Counted from the stretch's first letter, positions 28,907-38,839 are shown. The stretch: 64,000 bases of DNA from Chloroflexota bacterium (GCA_012719135.1 JAAYAW010000003.1:819-64818); one strand, 5' to 3'. Made by a program: numbers and translations. The notes: a model not told the origin generated them from the sequence alone.

Positions 28907-29746
28907 CTACGGTGCGGGAGACTCGCTTTGTGCGCTGCGGACGCGCCCCCGTAGCCGCAGGGCACCCAGGCTCACAAGGTAGCCTGTGCCTGCCACCAGG
29001 ATGATGGTTGCGCCTGACGTCAGGTTGAGGTGGAACGAGAGCGCCAGGCCGATGATCACAAAGAGCGCACTGAGAGAGCCTGCCGCAACCATGGCCATCT
29101 TGACATCCTTCACCCAGTCCACGGCGATGGCCGCCGGCATCGTCAGCAGGGCGATCACCATGATCAGGCCCACCACGCGCATCATCATGACCACCGCAAG
29201 GGCGATGAGCGCCACCATGGCCAGGTGCATGGCCTGCACTGGCACTCCACGCGTAAGCGCGTAGCCTTCATCGAAGGAGCTGGCCACGAGCTCTTTGAAG
29301 AAGAGTACCACGAACAACAGGATCACGGCGTTCAGCGCGAGCATGAGCCACAGGTAACTGGGTGGGACCGCCAGGATGCTTCCAAAGAGATAGCTCATCA
29401 GATCGGGCTTGTACCCCGGCGTCACGTCGATCAGCACAATGCCCGTGGCCATGCCGAGGGCCCAGAGCACGCCGATGACCGTATCCGCCCGCTGGCGGGC
29501 GCGCAGTTCCACCAGCCCCATTGCCAGGGCCGATATGAGGCTGAACCCCACCGCACCGAGCAGTGGATCGATCCCCAGGTAGAATCCCAGCCCGATCCCG
29601 CCGTAGGCCGCGTGGGCGATCCCTCCGCTCAGAAACACGATGCGACGGAGCACCACGAGGGTGCCCACGATGCCGCAGGCGACGCTCACGAGCAGGCCGG
29701 CCCAAAGCGCGTTCCGGAAGAACTCGAACTGGAGGGCCTCGATCAT
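28907..29746 (-). CDS. Zn/Mn ABC transporter permease (ZnuB-like)
   Basis: GGIAHAAYGG, DLMSYLFGSIL, VVGLIMVIALL. Confidence 0.92.
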   Translation of the reverse strand: MIEALQFEFFRNALWAGLLVSVACGIVGTLVVLRRIVFLSGGIAHAAYGGIGLGFYLGIDPLLGAVGFSLISALAMGLVELRARQRADTVIGVLWALGMATGIVLIDVTPGYKPDLMSYLFGSILAVPPSYLWLMLALNAVILLFVVLFFKELVASSFDEGYALTRGVPVQAMHLAMVALIALAVVMMMRVVGLIMVIALLTMPAAIAVDWVKDVKMAMVAAGSLSALFVIIGLALSFHLNLTSGATIILVAGTGYLVSLGALRLRGRVRSAQSESPAP

Positions 29747-30585
29747 GGCTGAACCTCATGAAGGTGTGCTCGGCGCGGGTCCGGGCAGGGCAGTCCCTCC
29801 GCCGCCACCTCGGCCGGGCAGCGGTAGCTTTCGCGGATTGCGGCCGGCGCACACCCGGGCTCGCCATAGTAGGCCAGTTGCCGGTTCAGGTAGCCGATGG
29901 TATCGATCCGGGGGAGGAGCGCGCCGATATCGTGCGTACTCATCACGATGGTCATCTGGTGCGCCAGCGAAACCATCAGTCCCTCGATCAACTCGCGGGC
30001 CTCTGGATCGATGTTGGCCAGCGGTTCGTCGAGCAACAGGACGCGGGGCTGGGAGGCCAGCGCACGAGCGATGTACACCCGCTGTCGCTCGCCCCCGGAG
30101 AGCGAGCCGATCGGGCGGTTGCGCAGATGATGGACATTCACCTTTTCCATAGCCTCATCCACGATCTCGCCATCCTGAGCGGTGTATCGCCGGAGAAGAC
30201 CGCGCCGCCCGAGGCGACCCATCCGGGCCACCTCCCACGCGGTCACGGGGAAATCGCGATCGAAGCGGATGTCCTGTGGCACATAGGCGATGTTGTGCCG
30301 CTCCTCACTGATCGCGTGGCCGCGGACGCGTACACTCCCGTGCAGGGGCTCGATCAAGCCGACGATCACCTTGAGGAGCGTCGTCTTGCCGCCGCCATTG
30401 GGCCCCACCAGCGCGACGAACTCGCCCGGTACGATCTCCAGGCTCACGTCCTCGAGCACGACGGTCTGGTCATAGGCGGCAGAGACGTGGTCCAGGCCCA
30501 CGGCGATATCGGGCTGCACGTCCTGGCGCGGCGCGGCAGGACCATCTGGCGGGCCTTGCGTCGATCGAGTTGTCATACCGGTCAC
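29743..30585 (-). CDS. Zn/Mn ABC transporter ATP-binding protein (ZnuC-like)
   Basis: GPNGGGKTT, YVPQ, LSGGERQR, LLLDEP, TH. Confidence 0.92.
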   Translation of the reverse strand: MTGMTTRSTQGPPDGPAAPRQDVQPDIAVGLDHVSAAYDQTVVLEDVSLEIVPGEFVALVGPNGGGKTTLLKVIVGLIEPLHGSVRVRGHAISEERHNIAYVPQDIRFDRDFPVTAWEVARMGRLGRRGLLRRYTAQDGEIVDEAMEKVNVHHLRNRPIGSLSGGERQRVYIARALASQPRVLLLDEPLANIDPEARELIEGLMVSLAHQMTIVMSTHDIGALLPRIDTIGYLNRQLAYYGEPGCAPAAIRESYRCPAEVAAEGLPCPDPRRAHLHEVQP

Positions 30586-31502
30586 TCCAGGGCCTGCGCG
30601 ATAGTGGCAGCGACGCGGCGCATGTTCTCCAGCCAGTCGGGCGCCAGCGGGCTTACCAGGAGAACCTCTCCATCGATTTCGCGTGCAATGGTTCCTGCTG
30701 CGGTGGTGCTGAACTCGGGTTGGGCCAGCACCACGCGGATGCCGCGCTCCCGGGCCAGGGTGATCACCGCGGCCAGTTCGGCGGCGCTGGGTTCCTGGCC
30801 TCCCACCTCCACCGCTACCTGCTCCAGGCCATAATCCTCGGCAAAATAGGCCCAGGAAGGATGGAAGACGAGAAACTCGCGGCGTGCCTTGTCCCTGAGC
30901 ATCGCGCGGATGTCCGCATCCAGGGCATCGATGTCCGCGAGCAGCGCGGCCAGGTTCTCGTCATACCTCGCCGCGTGGGCTGGATCGCGGCTTACCAGGG
31001 CGTTGCGCACCGTGCTGGCCTGGGTTCGCACGATCCGAGGCGAGAGCCAGATGTGCGGATCCAGGGTAGCCTCATCGTCTGCCGTTTCGCCGCCCTCATC
31101 GTCGTGCGAGTGACCGGCCGCCATCGGCAGCCGTTCGATCCCCGCGGCGGTATCTACCACATGCAACTGCGGATTGGCCGATAGGAAGCGATCCATCCAG
31201 ACCTGCTCAAAGGATTCGCCGACGGTAAAGTATAGCTGAGCTGCGGAGAGGGCGCGCATCTGGGCCGGTGAGGGTTCAAAGGTGTGCGGGTCGGCCCCGG
31301 CGGGCACCAGTACGGTGACTTGTACATGCTCTTCGCCGATGCGCTCCAACAGGTAGCGCTGCGGGGCGATGCTGACCATCACCTGCAACGGCCCGTCAAG
31401 GGCCTCGGAGCGCCCAGGGGCGTCGGAGGTTCGGCATCCTGCGGCCAGTGCGACAAGAACCAGGGCACACAGTAGCGCGTGCCAAGATCGGGATATCGCC
31501 AT
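30582..31502 (-). CDS. Zn/Mn ABC transporter substrate-binding lipoprotein (ZnuA-like)
   Basis: Lipobox AAGC, DPHTFEP, DPHIWLSP, HPSWAYF. Confidence 0.92.
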   Translation of the reverse strand: MAISRSWHALLCALVLVALAAGCRTSDAPGRSEALDGPLQVMVSIAPQRYLLERIGEEHVQVTVLVPAGADPHTFEPSPAQMRALSAAQLYFTVGESFEQVWMDRFLSANPQLHVVDTAAGIERLPMAAGHSHDDEGGETADDEATLDPHIWLSPRIVRTQASTVRNALVSRDPAHAARYDENLAALLADIDALDADIRAMLRDKARREFLVFHPSWAYFAEDYGLEQVAVEVGGQEPSAAELAAVITLARERGIRVVLAQPEFSTTAAGTIAREIDGEVLLVSPLAPDWLENMRRVAATIAQALE

Positions 31503-31537
31503 GATCTCCTCGGGTGGGACGCTGGGAACGTTCCTGT

Positions 31538-31566
31538 ACGATATCACCGGGGCAGGGGGCTGTCAA
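31538..31566 (-). promoter_or_regulatory. Sigma70-type promoter of the metal ABC operon
   Basis: TTGACA-17-TATCGT, followed by palindrome GGAACGTTCC (31525-31534). Confidence 0.5.
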
Positions 31567-31620
31567 AGGCGGCCGCCACACGGCCACAACCAGGCCGCCG
31601 CCGAGGCCTATCGCCAGGCC

Positions 31621-33186
31621 TTACGAGGCGTATCCGGCGCTGAACCAGTCAAAGGTGACGAGATCGTTGCCCATCTTCCATCGGACCGGGCAGGCGTTGA
31701 CGAGCCAGTCCAGCGGCTCGGCCAGTTGCAGCGGACGAGAGGCATTCCCAAAGGCGGAACGCAGGGCGCTCTGTTGGGCCTCGGCGGGAGTACCCCTACC
31801 GGGCACGACGAAGAAGGAGATCCCGCTGTTGGATTGCAGCCGCAGCCACTGCTCGTTGAGGCTCCAGGGAATGCTAGTGTCGAGCCGGACGGGACTGGTC
31901 TCTGCGGCGTAGAGGATGCCATGCTGAAAGCCGCGGAACGCCAGGGCGCCCAGCGCGCCGCCGCGCGTATCTTCCCAGCGCTCATAGGAGATGTTCGGCG
32001 CCAACCTCTGCAGGTGTACGTGTCCCGAAGCCAGGTGGCTGCAGGTTCCGGCGCCAGCGATGATGGTATCCGGGCCTGACGCCGCGCGTATGGTACGGTA
32101 GAGCTCGGACAGCGTCTCGGCGGTGGTCCGCCGCGGGTTGGCAAAGCGAACCCCCACGGCTCCGCGCCCGGTGCCATGCAGGATCTCGGGGATCATGTCG
32201 CCGTAGCGGATAAACTCAAAGCCACGCGCCCGGGCTTGAGCCACCAGGTCGCCGATGCGCTCGATCGCTTCGGGCTGTGTCGGATCCAGCACGTGGCCTC
32301 CGCCGGCCGCAGCGGAGCGTTCCGGTGCCAAGCACAGGGGCGCCAGACTGGGGTCGTCCGTGAGCAAGGGATGAAGCCAGAGCCCGGGGCGGCACCCTCG
32401 CTCTGCGATTCCGGCGGCCAGAGCGGCGAGATCTCCATAGGCACTGCCGGCGTGGAGGTCGGCATCCTGCAATCCGCTGCGCTCAGGGAGGCCACGGCCC
32501 ACCACGCATACGGGGCGGTTGACCGTGTTCTCGGCGAGATCCGCCAGCAGGCTGGCCTGTTGGAGGGCCTGGGCCTGGGTCCACTCACCGGATCGGCTGA
32601 GATCCAGAGCAAAGCCATAGATCACCTGCCCTGGCGTGATTCCATCCCTGTTCAGGAGGCTCACAAAGCGTCGCGCGGCCTCAAAGGGCACCTCCCACAC
32701 GCGACCCATGCGTACAACCACCTCGGCCAGCGCTATCTCGCGATCCTCTGGTTCGAGGGGCTCTGTTCCACTGCGAACATCCAGCCACAGATTGGCGCCG
32801 TATGGGTCCAACTGCCAGTGGCACAGTGCGGAGGCGCCGGTGCGCACGCCGATTCCGTGGGTATGCTGGCCATCATACGCCAGAAAACTCCATGGCATGA
32901 CGCGGTCCGGTGCCAGGGCGCGCCATTCGAGGTCGCTGCCGTTCCCGGGCCAGGCATCGCAGAGGTAGCGCAGGCCCTCGGGCACGACGTCGTTCCAGCG
33001 CAAGCGGAGACGGGACACGGGCCTGCTGGCCCTCAGCGCCACTCGCAACCTGTCGCTCTCTAGCACGGTATGGAGGGCGATCCCGTGCCCCGAGAACGCC
33101 GCCCCCTCGCTGGAGAGCGCAATAGGATCGTCTCGCTCAAAGGCGGTCACATGGTCCGGCGCGCGCAAAAGGTCAAAGGCTGGCAT
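31621..33186 (-). CDS. Clan GH-D (GH27/GH36)-like protein, apparently catalytically degenerate
   Basis: RVMPW, LWLDVRSG, RPGLWLHPL, LDPT, LAFR..QH, IPWSLNEQWL, EPLDWL. Confidence 0.65.
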   Translation of the reverse strand: MPAFDLLRAPDHVTAFERDDPIALSSEGAAFSGHGIALHTVLESDRLRVALRASRPVSRLRLRWNDVVPEGLRYLCDAWPGNGSDLEWRALAPDRVMPWSFLAYDGQHTHGIGVRTGASALCHWQLDPYGANLWLDVRSGTEPLEPEDREIALAEVVVRMGRVWEVPFEAARRFVSLLNRDGITPGQVIYGFALDLSRSGEWTQAQALQQASLLADLAENTVNRPVCVVGRGLPERSGLQDADLHAGSAYGDLAALAAGIAERGCRPGLWLHPLLTDDPSLAPLCLAPERSAAAGGGHVLDPTQPEAIERIGDLVAQARARGFEFIRYGDMIPEILHGTGRGAVGVRFANPRRTTAETLSELYRTIRAASGPDTIIAGAGTCSHLASGHVHLQRLAPNISYERWEDTRGGALGALAFRGFQHGILYAAETSPVRLDTSIPWSLNEQWLRLQSNSGISFFVVPGRGTPAEAQQSALRSAFGNASRPLQLAEPLDWLVNACPVRWKMGNDLVTFDWFSAGYAS

Positions 33187-33373
33187 GTGCTTACCCTACC
33201 GATAGAGGTTGGCTTGAGCCGCGCGTGGCACCCGCATTATCGGCCCATTGGGAGCCTGTGGCAACCAGGGCGGTGTGGCGCACGGGCCTTGGTCCGGTGG
33301 CTTCCTTCGGCTAGAATGCCTCGAACGATCACGGCGATCCCGGAATTTGCGGAACGCCGGAAGGAGGGGTTCG

Positions 33374-34069
33374 GTGCAGTTGCTTCTGATCCGCCATGGA
33401 GATCCGCACTATCCAACCGATTCGCTCACCGACCTGGGGCACACGGAGGCGAGGCGCCTGTCCCTGGCGCTGGACGCGTTCCCAATCGATGAGGTCTACA
33501 CCTCCACCATGGGGCGCGCCGCGCAGACCGCGGCCTACACCTCCGAGCGTCGCGGCCTGAATCCCATCCCGTGCGACTGGCTGCGCGAGTTGGACGGACG
33601 GTACGGCTCCAGCATACCCCCTCAAGAGTGGACGCTGGGAGATCCCTCGCCTTCGGCCTATGAGTTGCCGGCCGTGGATCTGCTGGCTCGCGCGGAGTTG
33701 TACAGCTACGAGCGCTGGGAACACGAGGTGCCCTACGGCCCCTGGATGCGCCCGCAGTGTGACGCTCTCTACGCAGGCTGCGATGCCGTCCTGGAAGGGG
33801 AAGGCTACCGGCGCTACGGGCTGCGCTATGCCGTGCGCGTGCCCAGCCAGCGGACCCTGGCGTTCTTCTGCCATGGCGGAGTCATCGCCGCGCTACTCTC
33901 GCGCCTGCTCTATATCGCGTTGCCTGTGGCTCTGCCGCTGTTCCAGCACGATACCACGGGCTTTTCGTTGCTCCGCACGGTGGAGGAGGGTGGGCACAGC
34001 GTCTTTCGGATGGTCTTTCTGAATAGCGTGGCTCACAAGGATCTCGCTGCCATCGTGAAGCATCCCTGA
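33374..34069 (+). CDS. Histidine phosphatase family protein
   Basis: LIRHGDP, S...RA..TA, LRE, FCHGG; RBS AAGGAGG. Confidence 0.88.
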   Translation: MQLLLIRHGDPHYPTDSLTDLGHTEARRLSLALDAFPIDEVYTSTMGRAAQTAAYTSERRGLNPIPCDWLRELDGRYGSSIPPQEWTLGDPSPSAYELPAVDLLARAELYSYERWEHEVPYGPWMRPQCDALYAGCDAVLEGEGYRRYGLRYAVRVPSQRTLAFFCHGGVIAALLSRLLYIALPVALPLFQHDTTGFSLLRTVEEGGHSVFRMVFLNSVAHKDLAAIVKHP

Positions 34070-34086
34070 GGTGCTCGCCGGCCCTG

Positions 34087-35331
34087 CTAGCCTGGCCGGT
34101 GCTCGGCCCGCCGGCTGCTCAAGCGGATGGTGGCGGGAGACGGGGCGCCGTCCGATCGTGTGGCCAACCAGCGAGGGGCCAGAAGATCGATCGCGCAGGC
34201 TCCCAAGGGCCCGGTGACCACAATCGCCAGTATCGAAAGGGCCAGGATCATGTCACCCGAGGGCAGCCCCATGGCCAGCGGCACGCCGCCGATGGCCGCC
34301 TGCACGGTAGCCTTGGGTGAGAGCGCGAGGGAGGCATAGGCCCGCTCCTTTGAGGACAGGGCGGTGCGCTGGAGCGCGAGGCCGGCGCCCAGCGCACGGC
34401 CGGCCAGCCCCACGGCGATCAGAGCCAGCCCCGGCATTCCTACCTGACCTATGGTCGCCAGGTCCGCCTTGGCGCCGATGGTGACAAAGAGCACGATCTG
34501 CACGATATACCACAGTCCCTCGAGATGGCGTGAGATCGCGGCGGTGTCCTCAGGGGCACGTTCCCGGATCAGCATGCCAGAGAGCACTACGGCGGCGTAC
34601 CCCGCTGCGCCCAGGCGCTCTCCTCCGAGCGCGATGCCGATGGTCGTGCAGAGCACCAGGCACAGGCGCTCCACCGGGCGCTGAAGAGGACCGCGGCGCA
34701 GCAAGAGCGCTAGCCCATAGCCCCCGGCTAGGCCGAGCAGGGCGCCGGCAGCCAATCGGAGAGGCACTTGGAGGAGTGCGGCCAGGTGAAGCGCCCCCTC
34801 ACCTGTGCCGGAGACGGCGGCTGCCAGCGCGCCAAACAGGGTGACGGCCAGCACGTTCTCTATGGAGGTGGCGGCCAGCACGATGGAGGGCACATGATGG
34901 TGGGCTCCGACGCCACGTGCCTGAAGGCTGAGCATGGCCGGTATGATGATCGCCGGCGCCGCGGAGGCCACGATCAGTGCGGCCATGGCGGCCTCTGCCG
35001 CGGGGAGGCGAAAGGCGATCCGCGTGCCCGCCAGGAGCAGCAGCGCCTCGAGCGCCAGCGGCCAGGTGCCCAGCAACCAGGTGGCTCGGCCCAAGCCATG
35101 CAGCCCGCTGCGGTCCAGGCCAATGCCAGCGCGCAGCAGGATCAGTATCAGCGCGAGGGCGCCAATATCGCCGGATAGCGCGAGGAAGGCAGGCGCGAGG
35201 ATCCCCAGGCCCGCATCGCCCAGGGCGATTCCGAGCACGATCAGCCCGAGCAGACCTGGGATGTGCCACCTCGCAAAGAGATGGCATACCAGCACCCCCA
35301 GGCCAAGCACCAGCACCGCGCTGACGAGCAA
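34087..35331 (-). CDS. Cation:proton antiporter (CPA, NHA1/2-like)
   Basis: About 12 TM; ILLRAG, PAIIIP.M, PKATVQAAIG. Confidence 0.85.
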   Translation of the reverse strand: MLVSAVLVLGLGVLVCHLFARWHIPGLLGLIVLGIALGDAGLGILAPAFLALSGDIGALALILILLRAGIGLDRSGLHGLGRATWLLGTWPLALEALLLLAGTRIAFRLPAAEAAMAALIVASAAPAIIIPAMLSLQARGVGAHHHVPSIVLAATSIENVLAVTLFGALAAAVSGTGEGALHLAALLQVPLRLAAGALLGLAGGYGLALLLRRGPLQRPVERLCLVLCTTIGIALGGERLGAAGYAAVVLSGMLIRERAPEDTAAISRHLEGLWYIVQIVLFVTIGAKADLATIGQVGMPGLALIAVGLAGRALGAGLALQRTALSSKERAYASLALSPKATVQAAIGGVPLAMGLPSGDMILALSILAIVVTGPLGACAIDLLAPRWLATRSDGAPSPATIRLSSRRAEHRPG

Positions 35332-35447
35332 CTCTTCCCTCGTGAGAGAAATCGGCGATTCGGCAGGTGTCAGCAGGCCGTGGCGCGGACCCCATCGAGA
35401 GCGAGGCGGCGTCCGGGGCGGTGTTGGCGAGCCCTGTCACGGCGGCA

Positions 35448-35477
35448 ACTATAGGCGTGCGGCAGGGCCTCTGTCAA
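35448..35477 (-). promoter_or_regulatory. Sigma70 promoter of the antiporter gene
   Basis: TTGACA-18-TATAGT. Confidence 0.6.
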
Positions 35478-35637
35478 CTCGGCGCCTTGGGATGCGGCAC
35501 GTATGCGGGGGACTTGGGCCGAGCCTACGCACTTGACAGATACGCTGCCACGAAGGCATGCTTGGTGATGCAGGCTGGCGACCCCGCCCGACGCGATTCC
35601 CGGATCGCCGGCTGATCCGATGGAGGGTGCACAGGCC

Positions 35638-36198
35638 ATGGGAACACTACCTACGCTCACGACAGCGCGTCTCGTGCTCCGGCCCTTTAGCCCTGGCGAT
35701 GCGCCGAGCGTGCGGGAGCTGGCTGGGGCGTACGAGGTGGCCGCATATACGCTGAGCATGCCGCACCCCTATCCTGAGGGTGCCGCGGAAGCCTGGATCG
35801 CCGGGCACGATGCGGCCTGGGAGGAGGGGCGCGAGGGAACCTGGGCCATCACCTGCCGTCCGGAGGGCAACCTGATGGGGGCCATCAGCCTGCGGCAGAA
35901 CGCGCAGCACCGCCACGCCGAGATCGGATACTGGATCACCGTCCCGCAATGGAACAAGGGCTTCATGACGGAGGCCGCACAGGCGGTTGTGGATTTTGGG
36001 TTTGCCGAGATGGGATTGATGCGAATCTATGCCACCCACTGTGCGCGCAACCCGGCCTCAGGGCGTGTGATGCAAAAGATAGGGATGAGCCGTGAGGGAG
36101 TACTTCGCCAGCATGTGCTTCGGTGGGGGGTTCCGCAGGACCTGGTCTACTATGGCATCCTTCGGGAGGAGTGGCAACGCGCCAGGGAGACCCGGTAG
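35638..36198 (+). CDS. GNAT N-acetyltransferase (RimJ/RimL type)
   Basis: LTTARLVLRPF, PHPY, AEIGYW, WNKGFMTEA, NPASGRVMQKIGM. Confidence 0.9.
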   Translation: MGTLPTLTTARLVLRPFSPGDAPSVRELAGAYEVAAYTLSMPHPYPEGAAEAWIAGHDAAWEEGREGTWAITCRPEGNLMGAISLRQNAQHRHAEIGYWITVPQWNKGFMTEAAQAVVDFGFAEMGLMRIYATHCARNPASGRVMQKIGMSREGVLRQHVLRWGVPQDLVYYGILREEWQRARETR

Positions 36199-36279
36199 CC
36201 GGCGGCCGGGGCCATCCCGGCACCGGTTGTGGCGCGACGAGCCGGTCGCCCGTACCGTGGGACGGCGCCCGCCTGGGGC

Positions 36280-37674
36280 TCAGGCATGGCGGAGCCCGCT
36301 GGCCGTCTCCACCCGCTGCTGGCCGTTGCCATAGAGCTCGGTCTTGATCTCTAGCACCTGGCGGCGCAGAGCGTCATCCTTCTCAAAGAGCGCCGCGATC
36401 TTTTCGATACCATAGAGCACCGTGGTGTGATCGCGATCGCCCAGTTCCCGGCCGATCTGGGGCAGAGACATGGGGGTAAGCTCGCGCACCAGATACATAG
36501 CCACCTGCCTCGCGAGAGCCACCGCCCGGTTGCGCTTGGGACCGACGATCTCCTCCATCGAGACGGCAAAGTAGCTGGCCACGCGGGCCACGATCTCGCC
36601 GGCCTCCAGTTGCCGGTGTGGCACGGATACTTCACCCAGGGCTCTCTGCGCGGTCTGGATGGTCAGCGGTTCCCCCAGGGCGCGCGCTGTGGCGATGACT
36701 CGGGTGAGGGCACCCTCCAGTTCGCGGATGTTGCTCTGCACCTGAGAGGCGATAAACTCGAGCAACTCCGGGGCCATCTGGAGCCCTCGTCCCTCGGCCT
36801 TGAGAGAGAGAATCGCAATGCGCGTCTCCAGATCCGGCGGCTGCACGTCGGTCGTCAGCCCCCACTCAAAGCGCGAACGCAGCCGTTCCTCCAGGCCCAC
36901 AAAGGCCTTGGGCGGGCGATCGCTGGAGAGAACGATCTGGCGGTTCCGCTGATACAGATCGTTAAAGGTGTGGAAGAACTCCTCCTGGGTGGCTTCCTTG
37001 TTAATCAGGAACTGCACGTCGTCCAGCAGGAGCACTTCGATCGAACGGTAGCGCGCCCGAAAATCCTCGGTGGTCCGGTTGCGGATTGCCAGGATAAGCT
37101 CGTTGGCAAAGGTCTCCGTTGACACATAGAGCGTCGACCGGCCGTCCTGGAGCGCACGGTTGCCGATGGCGTGCAGCAGGTGGGTCTTGCCAAGGCCTGC
37201 GCCGCCATAGACGAACAGAGGGTTGTAGGCCATGCCCGGGCTCTCGGCGACGGCCAGGCAACCCGCGTGGGCGAGACGGTTGGCTTGCCCGACCACAAAC
37301 GCGTCAAAGGTATAGCGCGCATTGACTTGGGAGGCCTCTCGCGCAGCATCCAGCGAGGGGACTTCGGTTTGGGAGAGTGGCCGGATATCCAGAAGGCCAT
37401 CGCCGCCCGCATCGGCATCCACCAGGGTGTTTCCCTGGACGACAAAGCGTACGGTGGTGGTGCGGTGCGCGATATCCGAGAGCGTCCGCTGTATCGTGCC
37501 GTATAACCTGTTCTCGAGCCAATCCTTGGCGTAGCCGGACCCAACGCCGACGACGAGAAGGCCATCTTCATAAGACAGACCCCGCGTGTGCTCCAACCAG
37601 GTCTCGTACACGGGGCGCGTGAGCTGCAACTGCAACTGACCGCGAGCGGTCTGCCAGAGTTGCTGAGCATCCAT
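36280..37674 (-). CDS. dnaA: Chromosomal replication initiator DnaA
   Basis: YTFDAFVVG, YNPLFVYGGAGLGKTHL, LLDDVQF, QEEFFHTFN, RLRSRFEWGL, NIRELEGAL, RDHTTV. Confidence 0.97.
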   Translation of the reverse strand: MDAQQLWQTARGQLQLQLTRPVYETWLEHTRGLSYEDGLLVVGVGSGYAKDWLENRLYGTIQRTLSDIAHRTTTVRFVVQGNTLVDADAGGDGLLDIRPLSQTEVPSLDAAREASQVNARYTFDAFVVGQANRLAHAGCLAVAESPGMAYNPLFVYGGAGLGKTHLLHAIGNRALQDGRSTLYVSTETFANELILAIRNRTTEDFRARYRSIEVLLLDDVQFLINKEATQEEFFHTFNDLYQRNRQIVLSSDRPPKAFVGLEERLRSRFEWGLTTDVQPPDLETRIAILSLKAEGRGLQMAPELLEFIASQVQSNIRELEGALTRVIATARALGEPLTIQTAQRALGEVSVPHRQLEAGEIVARVASYFAVSMEEIVGPKRNRAVALARQVAMYLVRELTPMSLPQIGRELGDRDHTTVLYGIEKIAALFEKDDALRRQVLEIKTELYGNGQQRVETASGLRHA

Positions 37675-37733
37675 AGGGCTGACTCCCTGAAATCGGAAAA
37701 GGAACCCAAAGACGAATAAAACAATATAGAAGC

Positions 37734-37742
37734 GTATCCACA
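37734..37742 (+). promoter_or_regulatory. DnaA box (1 mismatch) in the AT-rich dnaA leader
   Basis: GTATCCACA versus consensus TTATCCACA. Confidence 0.55.
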
Positions 37743-37936
37743 AAGGAATACCGTATTAGGTTTGAGGCGCGAACAACCAAGGATCCATCTCTCTGGCAGT
37801 GGCGCAGGCCGGGCGGTCGGACTCGCGACCCCACGGGGCACCGGCGTGACAGCTAACGCGATCATCAGGCGGTGAACCGCGGGAGCACCTGGGCGGTGAG
37901 TAGAGGCCAGACCGGGTTCCACACCGTAGTGCCGGC

Positions 37937-37965
37937 ATTGTACCATCCCGGCGGCGGTGCGCCAA
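37937..37965 (-). promoter_or_regulatory. Putative dnaA promoter
   Basis: TTGGCG-17-TACAAT with extended -10 TG. Confidence 0.5.
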
Positions 37966-38204
37966 CCACGCGTCACGGGGCCTTACGCTTTGCGATCCGG
38001 CGTGGTCGGGCGACCACTATGGAGAGTAAGTGACTCTGTTGTTCTGCCTACCTGTTGTGGTGTCTTGAGCCGTCTCGGCGCCGTGCAATGGCCGGAAAAG
38101 CAGTAGAAGCTGCACAGAGATCCAGCGATGCAGCACAATGTGTTGCCTTGTGAGGCACGAGGAGGACGTGGGAGGCGCGGCCGCACACCGAAGGGCGCAA
38201 AGGT

Positions 38205-38233
38205 TTGACTGTCGCCGCTCCATGTGCTAGTAT
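38205..38233 (+). promoter_or_regulatory. Putative infC operon promoter
   Basis: TTGACT-17-TAGTAT with extended -10 TG. Confidence 0.55.
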
Positions 38234-38296
38234 AAGGCGATTTGAGCCGGCCTGTGTGGAGGGCCGGCAATCCGCGCCTACAGGGGGAATGACACT

Positions 38297-38839
38297 ATCA
38301 GTAGAAGAGAGCATCGGCTGAACACAGAGATTCGGGTACGCGAAGTGCGGCTGATCGACGAGAACGGAAAACAGCTCGGCATTTACCCGACCCGCGAGGC
38401 CTATAATGTAGCCATGGAGCGTGGGCTGGATTTGGTCGAGGTGTCGCCAGACGCCAGGCCACCGGTCTGCCGCTTGATGGACTATGGCAAGTTCATGTAT
38501 GAGCAGTCACGGCGGGAGCGTGAGGCCCGCAGGGTGCAAAAGCAGATCGAGATCAAAGAGATCCAGGTGCGCCCAAAGACTGCCGAGCATGACGTGGGGT
38601 TCAAGCTCGGTGCGGCACGCAAGTTCCTGCTGGAAGGCAACAAGATCCGCGTACGGGTGCGATTTCGCGGGCGCGAGATCACCCATGCCGATCTGGCTCT
38701 CGATCTGATGCGCCGTGTGGCCGAGGATCTGTCGGACGTGGCCACGGTGGAGCAGACGCCTCGGATGGAAGGCCGGTCGATGATCATGCTGCTCACGCCC
38801 TCGGTGAAGCAGCCCGAGAAGCAGGCTGAGCAGGCCTGA
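38297..38839 (+). CDS. infC: Translation initiation factor IF-3 (probable ATC start)
   Basis: (I)SRREHRLNTEIRVREVRLIDENG, LDLVEVSP, PPVCRLMDYGK, FRGRE. Confidence 0.95.
   Translation: MSRREHRLNTEIRVREVRLIDENGKQLGIYPTREAYNVAMERGLDLVEVSPDARPPVCRLMDYGKFMYEQSRREREARRVQKQIEIKEIQVRPKTAEHDVGFKLGAARKFLLEGNKIRVRVRFRGREITHADLALDLMRRVAEDLSDVATVEQTPRMEGRSMIMLLTPSVKQPEKQAEQA

Noticed and set aside
37675..38296. oriC call
   Set aside because: Only one near-consensus DnaA box was found and GC skew cannot be assessed from this window
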